64,000 bases of DNA. Source: Algiphilus sp. (GTDB lineage Bacteria > Pseudomonadota > Gammaproteobacteria > Nevskiales > Nevskiaceae). A model generated the notes under the pieces. That model did no database searches. It worked only from the letters and a program-made list of their open reading frames with translations, and had not been told where the DNA came from. The number at the start of each line of letters is the position of its first letter. Positions within the stretch are counted from its first letter, which is position 1. The translations under genes were made by a program, and so were the position numbers. The stretch spans positions 26,717-90,716 of the forward strand of contig NZ_JAGLEJ010000002.1 in the NCBI RefSeq assembly GCF_023145115.1, given 5' to 3'. Shown in pieces: positions 18,277 through 27,096 of the stretch.

Positions 18277-19902
18277 ATGAAAACGCTTGCAAGCATGACC
18301 CGGGTACTCGGGCTGTCTGCAGCGGCTGCGGCGGCATTCGCCATCCAGCCGGTTGCGGCACAGACGGTATCCAACAACGGTCAGGGCAGTGCGGTCGTCG
18401 TGCCGTACTACACCATCAACAACGGTTGGGCCACGCTGGTCAACCTGACCAACACCACCGATAACTCGATCGTCGTCAAGTTCCGTCTGCACGAGGCTCG
18501 TAACTCGCGCGACGTGCTCGACTTCAACATCGCGCTCAGCCCGTACGACGTGTGGTCGGCCTTCGTGACCGAGGGTCCGGGCAACGCCCCGCGCCTGGTC
18601 ACCGAGGACCGTTCCTGCACGATCCCGGACATCCGTGCCACCGGTGCGTCGGCCAGCAACATCGCCTACTCGGGCGAGTTCGTCGACTTCAGCGGCAGCA
18701 ACGGCGACAACACCCGCATGCACGAGGGCTACATCGAAGTCCTCACGATGGGCGAGTCCGAGGACATCGTCGAGCCGGCCGGCAGCGCGCGCGGCAACAC
18801 CGCGTACTACGCCGAGCACGAGAACGGCGAGCCGCGCGACTGCGCCCGCGTCGTGGCCGACTTTGCCAACCGTGGCGCCGACTGGGGCACCGGTATTGGT
18901 GACACCATCCCGGGTCAGGACGCCGGTGCGGTGCAGACCGGCTCCGGCAGCCCGCTGGCCCGCCTGGGTTCGGTTGACGGTGCCGGCGCCAACGAGAGCA
19001 CCGTCGGCTATGGTGAGATCGTTTCCGAGACGCCCATCAAGGTGAACGTCAGCTACGTCAACTCCGGCAACGGCATTGCCGCTGCGGCCGACTCGCTGCA
19101 CATCGCTGGCTGGGGTCTGGGCCAGAACCTGGTCACCGCGCAGGAGTTCCCGTGGTTCCTCGAGCCGGCGCTGGCTTCGTCGGACGGTCTCTGGACCACC
19201 GACGCGCTTCCGGCCATCGGTCAGGGCATCGCATCGAGCCAGGTCAAGAACGAGTGGACCAGCAACCCGAGCACCGGTGCTTCTTCGGACTGGACCATCA
19301 CCTTCCCGACCAAGCGCTTCGACGCTGACGAGGACGCCGGCAACATCCAGGCTGCCTGCAACGTTTGGCGCAACGACGGCAGTGCTGCCGGCGTGCCGAA
19401 CGGCACTGCCGGTGCCGTCTGGAGCGGCTGGGGCGCTGGTGGCCCGACCTCGCTGGCCAGTGCTGACTGCCCGGACGAGGGCTTCCCGAACGTCTTCCAG
19501 GACGGCAACGAGGGCAATGCCCCGATCGTCGTCCGCTACGATATCTACGATCGTGAGGAAGGCGGTGTTCAGGTGACGGTCGACGGCCCGGTCATTTCGC
19601 CGGCCCCGCCGCCCGAGATCACCATCGAGAACATCCCGTTCGAGGTCAACGTTCTGAAGATCGCCGAGGACGCCGCCAACACCCCGTCCGCGCTCGACTC
19701 GCAGATCGCGCTGGCCATCGACACGGCGCAGCTCGCTTCGGGTGACCCGAACGGCTGGCTGCAGACGACCTTCCTTGACGGCGTCGGCGGTTCCGAGGTG
19801 TTCTACCCGGTCACCGGCTTCATCTTCAAGAAGCGCGACTTCGGCAACCCGGCCCTGAACTTCGGTCAGGCCACCGAGCACGCCTACACGCGTCAGCCGT
19901 AA
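18277..19902 (+). CDS. Secreted 541-aa protein of unknown family, apparently highly expressed (candidate major surface / S-layer-like protein)
   Basis: AAGGAG Shine-Dalgarno 8 nt before ATG 18277. Signal peptide MKTLASMTRVLGLSAAAAAAFAIQPVAAQ. Codon usage differs from neighbours (CGT, GGT, GCT, AAC, TTC enriched). No TM segment; 4 Cys; Gly/Asn/Thr/Ser-rich. A strong terminator follows. Confidence 0.8.
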   Translation: MKTLASMTRVLGLSAAAAAAFAIQPVAAQTVSNNGQGSAVVVPYYTINNGWATLVNLTNTTDNSIVVKFRLHEARNSRDVLDFNIALSPYDVWSAFVTEGPGNAPRLVTEDRSCTIPDIRATGASASNIAYSGEFVDFSGSNGDNTRMHEGYIEVLTMGESEDIVEPAGSARGNTAYYAEHENGEPRDCARVVADFANRGADWGTGIGDTIPGQDAGAVQTGSGSPLARLGSVDGAGANESTVGYGEIVSETPIKVNVSYVNSGNGIAAAADSLHIAGWGLGQNLVTAQEFPWFLEPALASSDGLWTTDALPAIGQGIASSQVKNEWTSNPSTGASSDWTITFPTKRFDADEDAGNIQAACNVWRNDGSAAGVPNGTAGAVWSGWGAGGPTSLASADCPDEGFPNVFQDGNEGNAPIVVRYDIYDREEGGVQVTVDGPVISPAPPPEITIENIPFEVNVLKIAEDAANTPSALDSQIALAIDTAQLASGDPNGWLQTTFLDGVGGSEVFYPVTGFIFKKRDFGNPALNFGQATEHAYTRQP

Positions 19903-19960
19903 TCGATGCTCTGACCGGGCGCGGCGGCTCGCCGCCGCTCCGCATCATCGAAGCTGTATC

Positions 19961-19992
19961 GGCCACCGCCCTTCGGGGCGGTGGCTTTTTTT
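19961..19992 (+). terminator. Rho-independent terminator
   Basis: GCCACCGCCC-TTCG-GGGCGGTGGC followed by TTTTTTT, 60 nt after the stop at 19902. Confidence 0.85.
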
Positions 19993-20053
19993 GTGCGCGC
20001 ATGGATGCCTTAGAATCCTGCGCGTCTGAATCCCCGAATGGAGTTGTGCCGCG

Positions 20054-21061
20054 ATGATCGATCGCCGCTTTTTCCCCGTGCTGCTTTCCGTGCTCCTCGC
20101 CGCCTGTTCGCCCGAAACCGAGGCACCTTCAGGCGGTGCCGATCCGCTGGCCAGTGGGTCGGGAGTGGCCGTGACCGCAGACGATCTCGAGACCGAGCTG
20201 GCGCTCATGAGCGATCAGGAGCGTGCCAAGGCACTGGGTTCGGCCAAGGCGCTGCAGAGCGCGATTACCAGCGTCTTCTATCGGCGCCGGATGGAGGACA
20301 TCGCATCCGAGCGCGGTTATCTCGACGATCCGACGTTGCAGCAGCGCATCGCCCGGAATCGGGAGATGATCATCGCCAACGCGGTGCCCGAGATGTATCT
20401 CGCCGAACTCGAGCAGCCGGACTTCGAGGCGCGAGCCCGGGAGTACTACGAAGCGAATTCGGAGGAGTTCCGTCCCCCCGAGCGCATCGCCGCCTCGCAC
20501 ATCTTCTGGCAGGCGCCCAGCGACGACGATAAGAAGCGGGTGCGCGAGGAGGCAGAGTCGGTGCTCGAGCAGCTCCGCAATGGCGCGGAGTTCGGCGCAC
20601 TAGCCACCGAGCATTCACAGGACGGCTCGCGTTACGCGCGCGGCGAGCTGGGTACCTTCAAGCGGGGTGACATGGCCCCCGGATTCGAGGAAGCCGCCTT
20701 CGCGTTGAAGGAGGCGGGCGACATCAGCGGGATCGTGGAAAGCCGTTTCGGTCTGCACATCATCAAGCTGGACAAGCGCTATCCGAATGCGGTGCCGCCT
20801 TTCGAGGAGGTCCGGGGGCGCATCGTCCAGCGACTGCGGAACGAGTTCCGACACGAGAAGGTATCCGCCTGGCTGAAGGACAAGGTACCGAGTTCGGAAA
20901 CCGCCGTGGCCGAGCCGGAGCTATCAGCCGCGCTGGAGCGCATGCGCGAGCGGTACGGCGCACCGGAGCGGGATGAGAGCGCTGGAGGGAAGGCCGCGTC
21001 GAGTTCGGTGGCTCCCGGCGAGCCGGTTTCGCCGGATGAGGGCGAAGACCTGGCCCGGTAG
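20054..21061 (+). CDS. Parvulin-type peptidyl-prolyl cis-trans isomerase lipoprotein (PpiC/EpsD-like)
   Basis: Lipobox LLAACS. Rotamase domain ASHIFWQAP...FGALATEHSQDGSRYARGELGTFKRGDMAPGFEEAAFALKEAGDISGIVESRFGLHIIKLDKR. Confidence 0.8.
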   Translation: MIDRRFFPVLLSVLLAACSPETEAPSGGADPLASGSGVAVTADDLETELALMSDQERAKALGSAKALQSAITSVFYRRRMEDIASERGYLDDPTLQQRIARNREMIIANAVPEMYLAELEQPDFEARAREYYEANSEEFRPPERIAASHIFWQAPSDDDKKRVREEAESVLEQLRNGAEFGALATEHSQDGSRYARGELGTFKRGDMAPGFEEAAFALKEAGDISGIVESRFGLHIIKLDKRYPNAVPPFEEVRGRIVQRLRNEFRHEKVSAWLKDKVPSSETAVAEPELSAALERMRERYGAPERDESAGGKAASSSVAPGEPVSPDEGEDLAR

Positions 21062-21069
21062 GAGCGGGC

Positions 21070-21795
21070 ATGCTGCGCTTCCTCGGCATCGGCGCCCAGA
21101 AGGCCGGGACCACCTGGCTGTACGAGCGCTTGCGCCGGCATCCGGAGGTGGGCTTCCCGATCGGCAAGGAAGGGCATTACTGGGATCGTGTCAATCCCGA
21201 GGGCAGCCATGACAGCTATATGGCGCGCTTTGCCGATCCGGAGCGGGCGGAAGGCGAGATCACGCCAGCGTACGGATTTCTACCACCGGCCTCTATAGCG
21301 CGTCTGCATTCGCTGGCTCCGGACGTGCGGTTGATCTTCCTCATGCGCAATCCGGTGGAGCGCGCCTGGTCGTCGGCCCTGATGGCGCTGGGGCGCGCGG
21401 AGATGCGCTACGAGGAAGCCAGCGCGGCATGGTTCCTGGACCACTTTCGTTCGAGTGGATCGCTGGCGCGCGGTGATTACGCGGCATGCATTGCCAACTG
21501 GCGTGCGGCGTTTCCGCCCGAACAGCTGCTTCTGTTGCGCCACGAGGAGGTCGCGCGTGATCCGCACGCCGTGCTGCGTCGCTGCTGCGCGCACATCGGT
21601 ATCGCGGCGCCGGATCCGGCGATGCTCGAAGGCAGCGACGATCGCGTTTTCTCCGGACCGCGCCACGCGCTTCCCGGGGACCTGCGCGCAGCCCTGGTGG
21701 CACTGTATCGTCCACGGATCGCGGCGCTGGAGGCCCTGCTGGGCGAATCCTTCGAGCACTGGCTGGAAATGGACGCTGCTGACCATCCCGAATAG
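21070..21795 (+). CDS. Sulfotransferase (carbohydrate-sulfotransferase-like PAPS motifs)
   Basis: FLGIGAQKAGTTWLYERL (5'-PSB, compare the K-x-G-T-T motif of heparan-sulfate sulfotransferases) and LIFLMRNPVERAWSS (3'-PB R-x-P-x-x-R-x-x-S). 241 aa. Confidence 0.8.
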   Translation: MLRFLGIGAQKAGTTWLYERLRRHPEVGFPIGKEGHYWDRVNPEGSHDSYMARFADPERAEGEITPAYGFLPPASIARLHSLAPDVRLIFLMRNPVERAWSSALMALGRAEMRYEEASAAWFLDHFRSSGSLARGDYAACIANWRAAFPPEQLLLLRHEEVARDPHAVLRRCCAHIGIAAPDPAMLEGSDDRVFSGPRHALPGDLRAALVALYRPRIAALEALLGESFEHWLEMDAADHPE

Positions 21796-21808
21796 TCGGG
21801 GATCGGCT

Positions 21809-22852
21809 TCAGGTGCTGCGCGTCAGGAGCGCGCGAAAGCGTCCCGCGGTCGACTCCCAGCCCAGTCCGCCCCGTACGAAGCGTCGGGCGAGCGCTCCCG
21901 CCTCCGCCAGCCGGGCGCGGTCGCGCTGCCAGATGCGCACCAGCCGCAGCATGTCCGCCGGCGAGGCGCACAGGTGGGCACAGGTCTCGGGATGCGCGCC
22001 TGTATCGAGTGCCAGCGCCGGAGTCCCCAGCGCCTGGGCTTCGAGCAGTGGCAGATTGCAGCCCTCCCAGAGTGACATCGAGACGAAGACATCGAGGCCG
22101 GCGAGGAAGCGGGCGCGCTCGGCGTCACTGGCGTTGCGGATGACGCGGATGCCCTCCGCCTCGAAGGGGCGGGCGTCGCGCGCCCGGCCGCGTCCGAGGA
22201 GGCCGAGCTCGGCATCGAGCCCACTCTCGCGCATGCGGCGCGCCAGTGCCACATAGGCCTCGGCGCCCTTGTACAGGCCTTCACCCGGCCCCAGCCGCAT
22301 GAGGCCGCCGAGCTTGAGCGTGCTGGTGCCGGTCCGGCTGACGGGCGCATCCGGTGCGGTCGCCTGGTCCGCGAGCACATGCTCCCAGCCGTTGGGGATG
22401 ACGTGGGCATCGGGCCTGCCGATCTCGGCGCGGATGAAGCGCGAGATGGCGATGATCCCGTCGACGGCGGGATAGACCGCGGATCGCTTGTGGGCCTTCT
22501 GCGCTTCGCGCGCGGCGCGGTCGGCGGGGGCGGGGAAGAACGCCGGGTCCGGGTCGCCGTGCTCCCACACCCATGTCTGCAGGCCCTGCAGTTCCGGCAG
22601 CAGCTCGAAGTAGGGCGAGGTGTGCGCGACCACGTGCGTGGCGCCGAAACGGCGGGCGATGCGCTGCACCGCTGCCGCGTCCGGCCTCACCCGTCGCACC
22701 GGTACATCCGCGAAGGTGCCCTCGGCGCGCACGCAGCCCACCATGGCGGGAATCCCGCGCGCGATCAGCCGTCGCGCCACTTCATGCACCACCACGCTGA
22801 CGCCGAATCCCGGCCCCATCCGCACCGCGAGGAAGAGAACGCGCGGGGTCAC
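21809..22852 (-). CDS. Glycosyltransferase, GT-B fold (GT1/GT4-like)
   Basis: C-terminal LAGLDVFVSMSLWEGCNLPLLEAQALGTPALALDTGAHPE (E-x7-E motif). GTG start at 22852 overlaps the upstream stop (GTGA). Confidence 0.75.
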   Translation of the reverse strand: MTPRVLFLAVRMGPGFGVSVVVHEVARRLIARGIPAMVGCVRAEGTFADVPVRRVRPDAAAVQRIARRFGATHVVAHTSPYFELLPELQGLQTWVWEHGDPDPAFFPAPADRAAREAQKAHKRSAVYPAVDGIIAISRFIRAEIGRPDAHVIPNGWEHVLADQATAPDAPVSRTGTSTLKLGGLMRLGPGEGLYKGAEAYVALARRMRESGLDAELGLLGRGRARDARPFEAEGIRVIRNASDAERARFLAGLDVFVSMSLWEGCNLPLLEAQALGTPALALDTGAHPETCAHLCASPADMLRLVRIWQRDRARLAEAGALARRFVRGGLGWESTAGRFRALLTRST

Positions 22853-24390
22853 AGCCACTGCGTCTCGATCCATCTCGACCACCGGCGCATGAGCTGGCGG
22901 CGGTCGCGCCAGTCCGCATCGCCGCGAGGCCGCGTGCCGTTCTCGTGGTGCACGACGTGCCCGGCGTTCAGGACCTCGGTGGCGAAGCCGGCGCGTGCGG
23001 CCCGCAGGCACAGGTCGACGTCCTGGCATTCGCTGCGGTAGCTCGCGTCGAAGCCGCCGGTGGCGTCGAGCGCGTCGCGTCGCATCATCAGGGCGGCGCC
23101 GGTGGCGGCGCAGAATGTGCGCGCCTGACCGCTGCGCAGACCGACGCGGCGCCCGGCACGCGCATGGCGCACGAAGCCGCGCAGGGGGCCGTCGGCGATC
23201 ACCTCGATGCCCTCGTGCTGCACCGAGCCGTCGGGAAAGCGCAGCACCGCGCCCAGGGCACCGGTGCCGGGGTGCGCGCGCAGATGCGCTCGCATCGCCG
23301 ACAGCGTCGCTGCCGGGTCGCGCAGGGCGATGTCGTTGTTGAGGAAGAGCACTTCGGCGGCCTCGGGGACGCGTTCGAGCAGCGCGTTGTTGCATCGCGA
23401 GAAGTGGTACTCGAGATCCCGCACCAGATCGATCGCGTCGCCCAGCCGGTCGTATGCGGCCAGCACCGCCGGATCGCTGGAGCCGGTATCGCCGACCACG
23501 ATGCGCAGATCGATGCCGCCTCCGGCCAGGGTGGAACGCGCCCGGATCAGGCTGTCGAGCAGCGGCTCGATGAACTCGGGGCGATCGCGCGTCACGATGA
23601 GCACGGCCAGCTGATCATCGCGCGGTTGGCGAGGTGGCGGCGTGGGTGTGCTGTCATCGAGCACGCTCCGCACGCGTTCCTGGTTGTCCTCGATATACCA
23701 GTCCAGGGCAGGATGCGGATCGATCCGCGGCGCATCATCCGCGTGCGGCGTATCCGGCATGCGGGCCTGCGCGAGCAGCGCGCCCCCGAAGGGCGGCGGA
23801 TCGGTCATTCCGGCGCGGCAGGCCACCGGGTCGAATGACGGGTTGGGACGGAATCCGCCCGCCTCACCCTCGCGCAGGTAGTGCCCGAGCGCGGATCCGC
23901 CGTCCGCGATGGCCGACGGGTACTGGCGCTGGTACCAGCGTGTATCGAAGAGGGGGTGGGGTTGCCGTCCCTCGGCTTCGCCGATGGTGAGGTAGTGCCA
24001 GAGCGGGTCCCGCCCGGTGACGGCTGCGTCGGGATGGCGTTCGACGTACCAGTCCGGGTCGAAAAGCGCGTTGGGCCGGTATCCGGCGCGCGCGCCTCGC
24101 CGCAGGTAGTGCAGCAGTGGATTGGTGCGACGGGCCTCGGGGTGGGCGTGCAGGTAGTAGGCGGTATCGAAGAGCGCGTTGGGCTGCAGCGCGCGTGCGG
24201 CCGCGTCGCGCAGGAACCAGTCCAGCGGGTCCCGACCGGCCAGTTCGTCGCGATACTGCCGGACAAACCATGCTTCGTCCCAGAGCCCGGACGCGATGAC
24301 CGCGGCCCTGGCGCTTCCCGCGCGTGTCAGGCCCCGGCGTCGCAGGCGCGCAAGCTGCTGGCGCAACGCGGAGGGCGGCATGAAGCGCAT
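22849..24390 (-). CDS. GT2 glycosyltransferase with N-terminal WY/HYL repeat domain
   Basis: Four to five repeats at aa ~35-190 (e.g. LFDPDWYVERHPDAAVTGRDPLWHYLTIGEAEGRQPHP). Then LAVLIVTRDRPEFIEPLLDSL...VVGDTGSSD...LFLNNDIAL (GT2 DxD region). Start at ATG 24390 (or 24381); the track N-terminus is probably non-coding. Confidence 0.8.
   Translation of the reverse strand: MRFMPPSALRQQLARLRRRGLTRAGSARAAVIASGLWDEAWFVRQYRDELAGRDPLDWFLRDAAARALQPNALFDTAYYLHAHPEARRTNPLLHYLRRGARAGYRPNALFDPDWYVERHPDAAVTGRDPLWHYLTIGEAEGRQPHPLFDTRWYQRQYPSAIADGGSALGHYLREGEAGGFRPNPSFDPVACRAGMTDPPPFGGALLAQARMPDTPHADDAPRIDPHPALDWYIEDNQERVRSVLDDSTPTPPPRQPRDDQLAVLIVTRDRPEFIEPLLDSLIRARSTLAGGGIDLRIVVGDTGSSDPAVLAAYDRLGDAIDLVRDLEYHFSRCNNALLERVPEAAEVLFLNNDIALRDPAATLSAMRAHLRAHPGTGALGAVLRFPDGSVQHEGIEVIADGPLRGFVRHARAGRRVGLRSGQARTFCAATGAALMMRRDALDATGGFDASYRSECQDVDLCLRAARAGFATEVLNAGHVVHHENGTRPRGDADWRDRRQLMRRWSRWIETQWL
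23821..24288 (-). repeat. Protein-level WY/HYL tandem repeats, same family as in the 1519-aa enzyme
   Basis: LWDEAWFVRQYRDELAGRDPLDWFL.. / LFDTAYYLHAHPEARRTNPLLHYLRRGARAGYRPNA / LFDPDWYVERHPDAAVTGRDPLWHYLTIGEAEGRQPHP / LFDTRWYQRQYPSAIADGGSALGHYLREGEAGGFRPNP. Confidence 0.8.
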
Positions 24391-24524
24391 GGGCGTGGGC
24401 GGGCTCGGCGGGTTCGGGAGCGGCGATTGTCGCACGCTGTCCGCGGTGCCTCCGGGACGGCCACGTACACTCTGCGCCAGGCGCGCGTCCGGCCGCCGAC
24501 ACGCGATGCCGTTGTGCGAAGTCC

Positions 24525-26258
24525 GTGAAGAGGAGCTCGATGCCAAGGCCACTGTCGGCCATTCTCCTGCAGCGCCTGCTTGCGCGCGCCCCGCGCGTGC
24601 ACGCGGGATTGCGCGCGCTGCGCTGGCGACTGCGCGGCGGCGCGGTGCCCACCACCGATGCCGAGGACCCCGCGGCGTTCGCGCGGTACCGCGACGCATT
24701 GGAGCGGGCACTTCCGGCCGCGCTGCCGGACGATGTGCCCGACGGCGCACCGTGGCTCAGCGTCCTGATGCCGGTCGATGCGGGCGATCCAGTCCTCATC
24801 GAGGCAACGCTTGCCGCGCTCGCCCGCCAGACCGCACTGCGGTGGGAGCTGTGCGTCGTGGCGCCGGCGGACGCGGCCGATGCATGGGCCGGGCGGCTGA
24901 CGCGCTTCAGCGCAGCACGCGTGGTTCCGATCGCGCCCGGTCTCGGCGCGCTCGACACCGGGCTTCGGGAGACACGCGCGCCCTTCGTCGCGCCGCTGCC
25001 GCCCGGCGCTCTGCCCGTCCCGGATGCCCTTGCGCGTCTCGGGGCCGTGGCGCGCGCGCAGCCGGACGCGGCGCTGATCCATGCCGACGACTACCAGCTG
25101 GACGCGTCGGGCGATCCGCATGCGCCGCGTTGCCGGACCGTCCTCGACCCGGTCCGCCTGTTGCGCGAGCCCGTCGTGGGGCGGTTCTATCTGGCGGCGA
25201 CCGAGACGGTGCGCGCGGCCGGCGGATTCGGGAGCGGGCATCATGACGGCCTCCGCCGTCTGGCAGCGACCGTACCCCCGTTCCGCGCGTGGCATCTGCC
25301 GGTCTTCGCCTGCGCGTGGCGCGGCAGCGCCCCGGAAGGCGAGGCGCGGTCGCGGGCCGGCCTGCCGGGCATGTCACCGCCGTCGGTCAGCGTGATCGTT
25401 CCGACCCGCGACGGCATGCCGCACCTTCGGGCCTGCATCGACGGCGTGCGCGCCGAGCTGGCGGCGCTGGCCGCCGGCGGCGAGATCATCGTGGTGGACA
25501 ACGGCAGTCGCGACCCGGCGACGCTGGCCTATCTGGAATCGCTGGAGGAAGGCGGCACGGCGCGGGTGATGCGGTATCCGGGCGCGTTCAATTTCGCCGC
25601 GATGAACAATCGCGCGGCCGAATGCGCGCGGGGCGAGGCGCTGCTCCTGCTCAACGACGATGTCGTGCCGATGGCCCCGGGATGGCTGGGTGCCATGGTG
25701 GCACGGCTCTCGGCCGACCATGCGGGCGCCGTCGGTGCCCTGCTGCTCCACGGGGACGGGCGCATCCAGCACGCCGGCGTTGCGCTCGGCATGGGGGGGC
25801 TGGCCGCCCATCCCGGTCAGGGGCTGGCGCCCGGCGATCCCCGGCTGAACCGCATCGGCATCGACCAACCGCGCACGGTGTCGGCTGTGACCGCCGCCTG
25901 TCTGCTGACGCCCAGGGACGTATACTCCGCGGTCGGCGGTCTCGACGAGACTGGCCTGCCGGTCGCGTACAACGATGTGGACTACTGCCTGAAGGTAGCC
26001 GATCGCGGCAGGCGCGTGGTCTGGACGCCGGATGCCGTGCTGACGCACCACGAGTCGGTATCGCGCGGCGCCGAGGATTCCATCGCCAAGCAGCGGAGGC
26101 TCCGAAAGGAAATGCAGTGCATGAGAGCGCGGTGGGGCGACCGTCTTGCCGCCGATCCCTGGATCAGCCCGCATCTCGATCCGCGGACCGCGAGCCTCGC
26201 CTTCCGCGTGCCGGTCGACGCGCGCGTCTGTGCGGCGCGTCCCGCGGAGCGGCGCTAG
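24525..26258 (+). CDS. Two-module GT2 glycosyltransferase (degenerate N-terminal module plus canonical C-terminal GT2)
   Basis: N-module LSVLMPVDAGDPVLIEATLAALARQT...FVAPLPPGALPVPDAL (DxD replaced). C-module VSVIVPTRDGMPHLRACIDGV...IIVVDNGSRD...LLLLNDDVVP...GRIQHAGV. Confidence 0.8.
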   Translation: MKRSSMPRPLSAILLQRLLARAPRVHAGLRALRWRLRGGAVPTTDAEDPAAFARYRDALERALPAALPDDVPDGAPWLSVLMPVDAGDPVLIEATLAALARQTALRWELCVVAPADAADAWAGRLTRFSAARVVPIAPGLGALDTGLRETRAPFVAPLPPGALPVPDALARLGAVARAQPDAALIHADDYQLDASGDPHAPRCRTVLDPVRLLREPVVGRFYLAATETVRAAGGFGSGHHDGLRRLAATVPPFRAWHLPVFACAWRGSAPEGEARSRAGLPGMSPPSVSVIVPTRDGMPHLRACIDGVRAELAALAAGGEIIVVDNGSRDPATLAYLESLEEGGTARVMRYPGAFNFAAMNNRAAECARGEALLLLNDDVVPMAPGWLGAMVARLSADHAGAVGALLLHGDGRIQHAGVALGMGGLAAHPGQGLAPGDPRLNRIGIDQPRTVSAVTAACLLTPRDVYSAVGGLDETGLPVAYNDVDYCLKVADRGRRVVWTPDAVLTHHESVSRGAEDSIAKQRRLRKEMQCMRARWGDRLAADPWISPHLDPRTASLAFRVPVDARVCAARPAERR

Positions 26259-26261
26259 CCC

Positions 26262-27089
26262 ATGAGCGACCACGATCAGTCCGATGCCGAATGGCGCCCC
26301 CCGTCCTCGGCCGGCGGTTCGCGCAACAGCCTGCAGGTCTTCGTCACCTCGCTCGGTGCCTTCGTGCTGCGCGAGCTCAAGAACCAGTTCGGGCGCTCGC
26401 GTCTCGGCTACTTCTGGGCGATCGCCGAGCCGGCGGCGGTGGTGGCCATCCTGACCACCCTGCACGCCTTCGTGCGCGGCGAACGTGCGCTGGTCTACGG
26501 AGAGAGTCCGGTGGTCTTCTTCGTGTTCGGCGCCGTGCCCTATTTCCTGTTCATGAACGTCGCGCAGAGCGCGCAGGGCGTCTGCACCGGGCACAAGGGG
26601 CTGTTCAATTACCGGCAGATCAAGCCCATCGACATCATCCTGGCACGCGGTCTCATCGAAGCGGTGATGATGGCGGCGGTGGGGGCGTTGTTCCTGTTCG
26701 GCTGGTGGTGGATGGGCTTCGAGTTGAAGATCGACGACCCGCTCGAGCTGGTCGTCTCGCTGTCCGCCCTGTTCCTGCTGGGCTTCGGCCTCGGCCTGTG
26801 CTTCGAGGTGTTCGGGACCATCTTCCAGGACATGAAGCGCATCTTCGGCATCGTCATGCGGCCGATGTTCTTCATCTCGGGGCTGTTCTTCACCATCGAC
26901 ATGATCCCGGTCGAGTACCGCGGGCTGTTGATCTGGAATCCGGTGCTGCATGCAGTGGACTTCACGCGCGATGCCGTCCTGGTCGGGTACAGCTCGCCGG
27001 GGAGCGTGGCCTACCTGGTGCTGTCCATCGGCATCCTGCTCTTCGTCGGGCTGGCGGCGTACCGTCGCTATCTCTTCCAGCTCATCTGA
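26262..27089 (+). CDS. kpsM: ABC-2 type polysaccharide export permease (KpsM/Wzm-like)
   Basis: 275 aa, 6 predicted TM segments. LRELKNQFGRSRLGYFWAIAEPAAVVAIL is the typical KpsM/CtrC N-terminal motif. Directly upstream of the ATPase. Confidence 0.85.
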   Translation: MSDHDQSDAEWRPPSSAGGSRNSLQVFVTSLGAFVLRELKNQFGRSRLGYFWAIAEPAAVVAILTTLHAFVRGERALVYGESPVVFFVFGAVPYFLFMNVAQSAQGVCTGHKGLFNYRQIKPIDIILARGLIEAVMMAAVGALFLFGWWWMGFELKIDDPLELVVSLSALFLLGFGLGLCFEVFGTIFQDMKRIFGIVMRPMFFISGLFFTIDMIPVEYRGLLIWNPVLHAVDFTRDAVLVGYSSPGSVAYLVLSIGILLFVGLAAYRRYLFQLI

Positions 27090-27096
27090 GACGATC

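Noticed and set aside
17540-18280. 246-aa ORF filling the long intergenic region
   Set aside because: Arg/Cys/Gly-rich composition and no SD. It runs into the RBS and start of the real downstream gene, so I treated it as non-coding (see the finding on the long leader).
18241-19881. 546-aa ORF antisense to the secreted-protein gene
   Set aside because: The + strand frame has a Shine-Dalgarno, a signal peptide, coherent codon bias and a terminator. The antisense product is a Val/Arg/Gly/Asp-rich artefact.
19921-19938. GCGGCGGC-TC-GCCGCCGC palindrome just after the secreted-protein stop, as a separate terminator
   Set aside because: It has a two-nucleotide loop and no U-tract. The functional terminator is more plausibly the downstream hairpin with T7 at 19961..19992.
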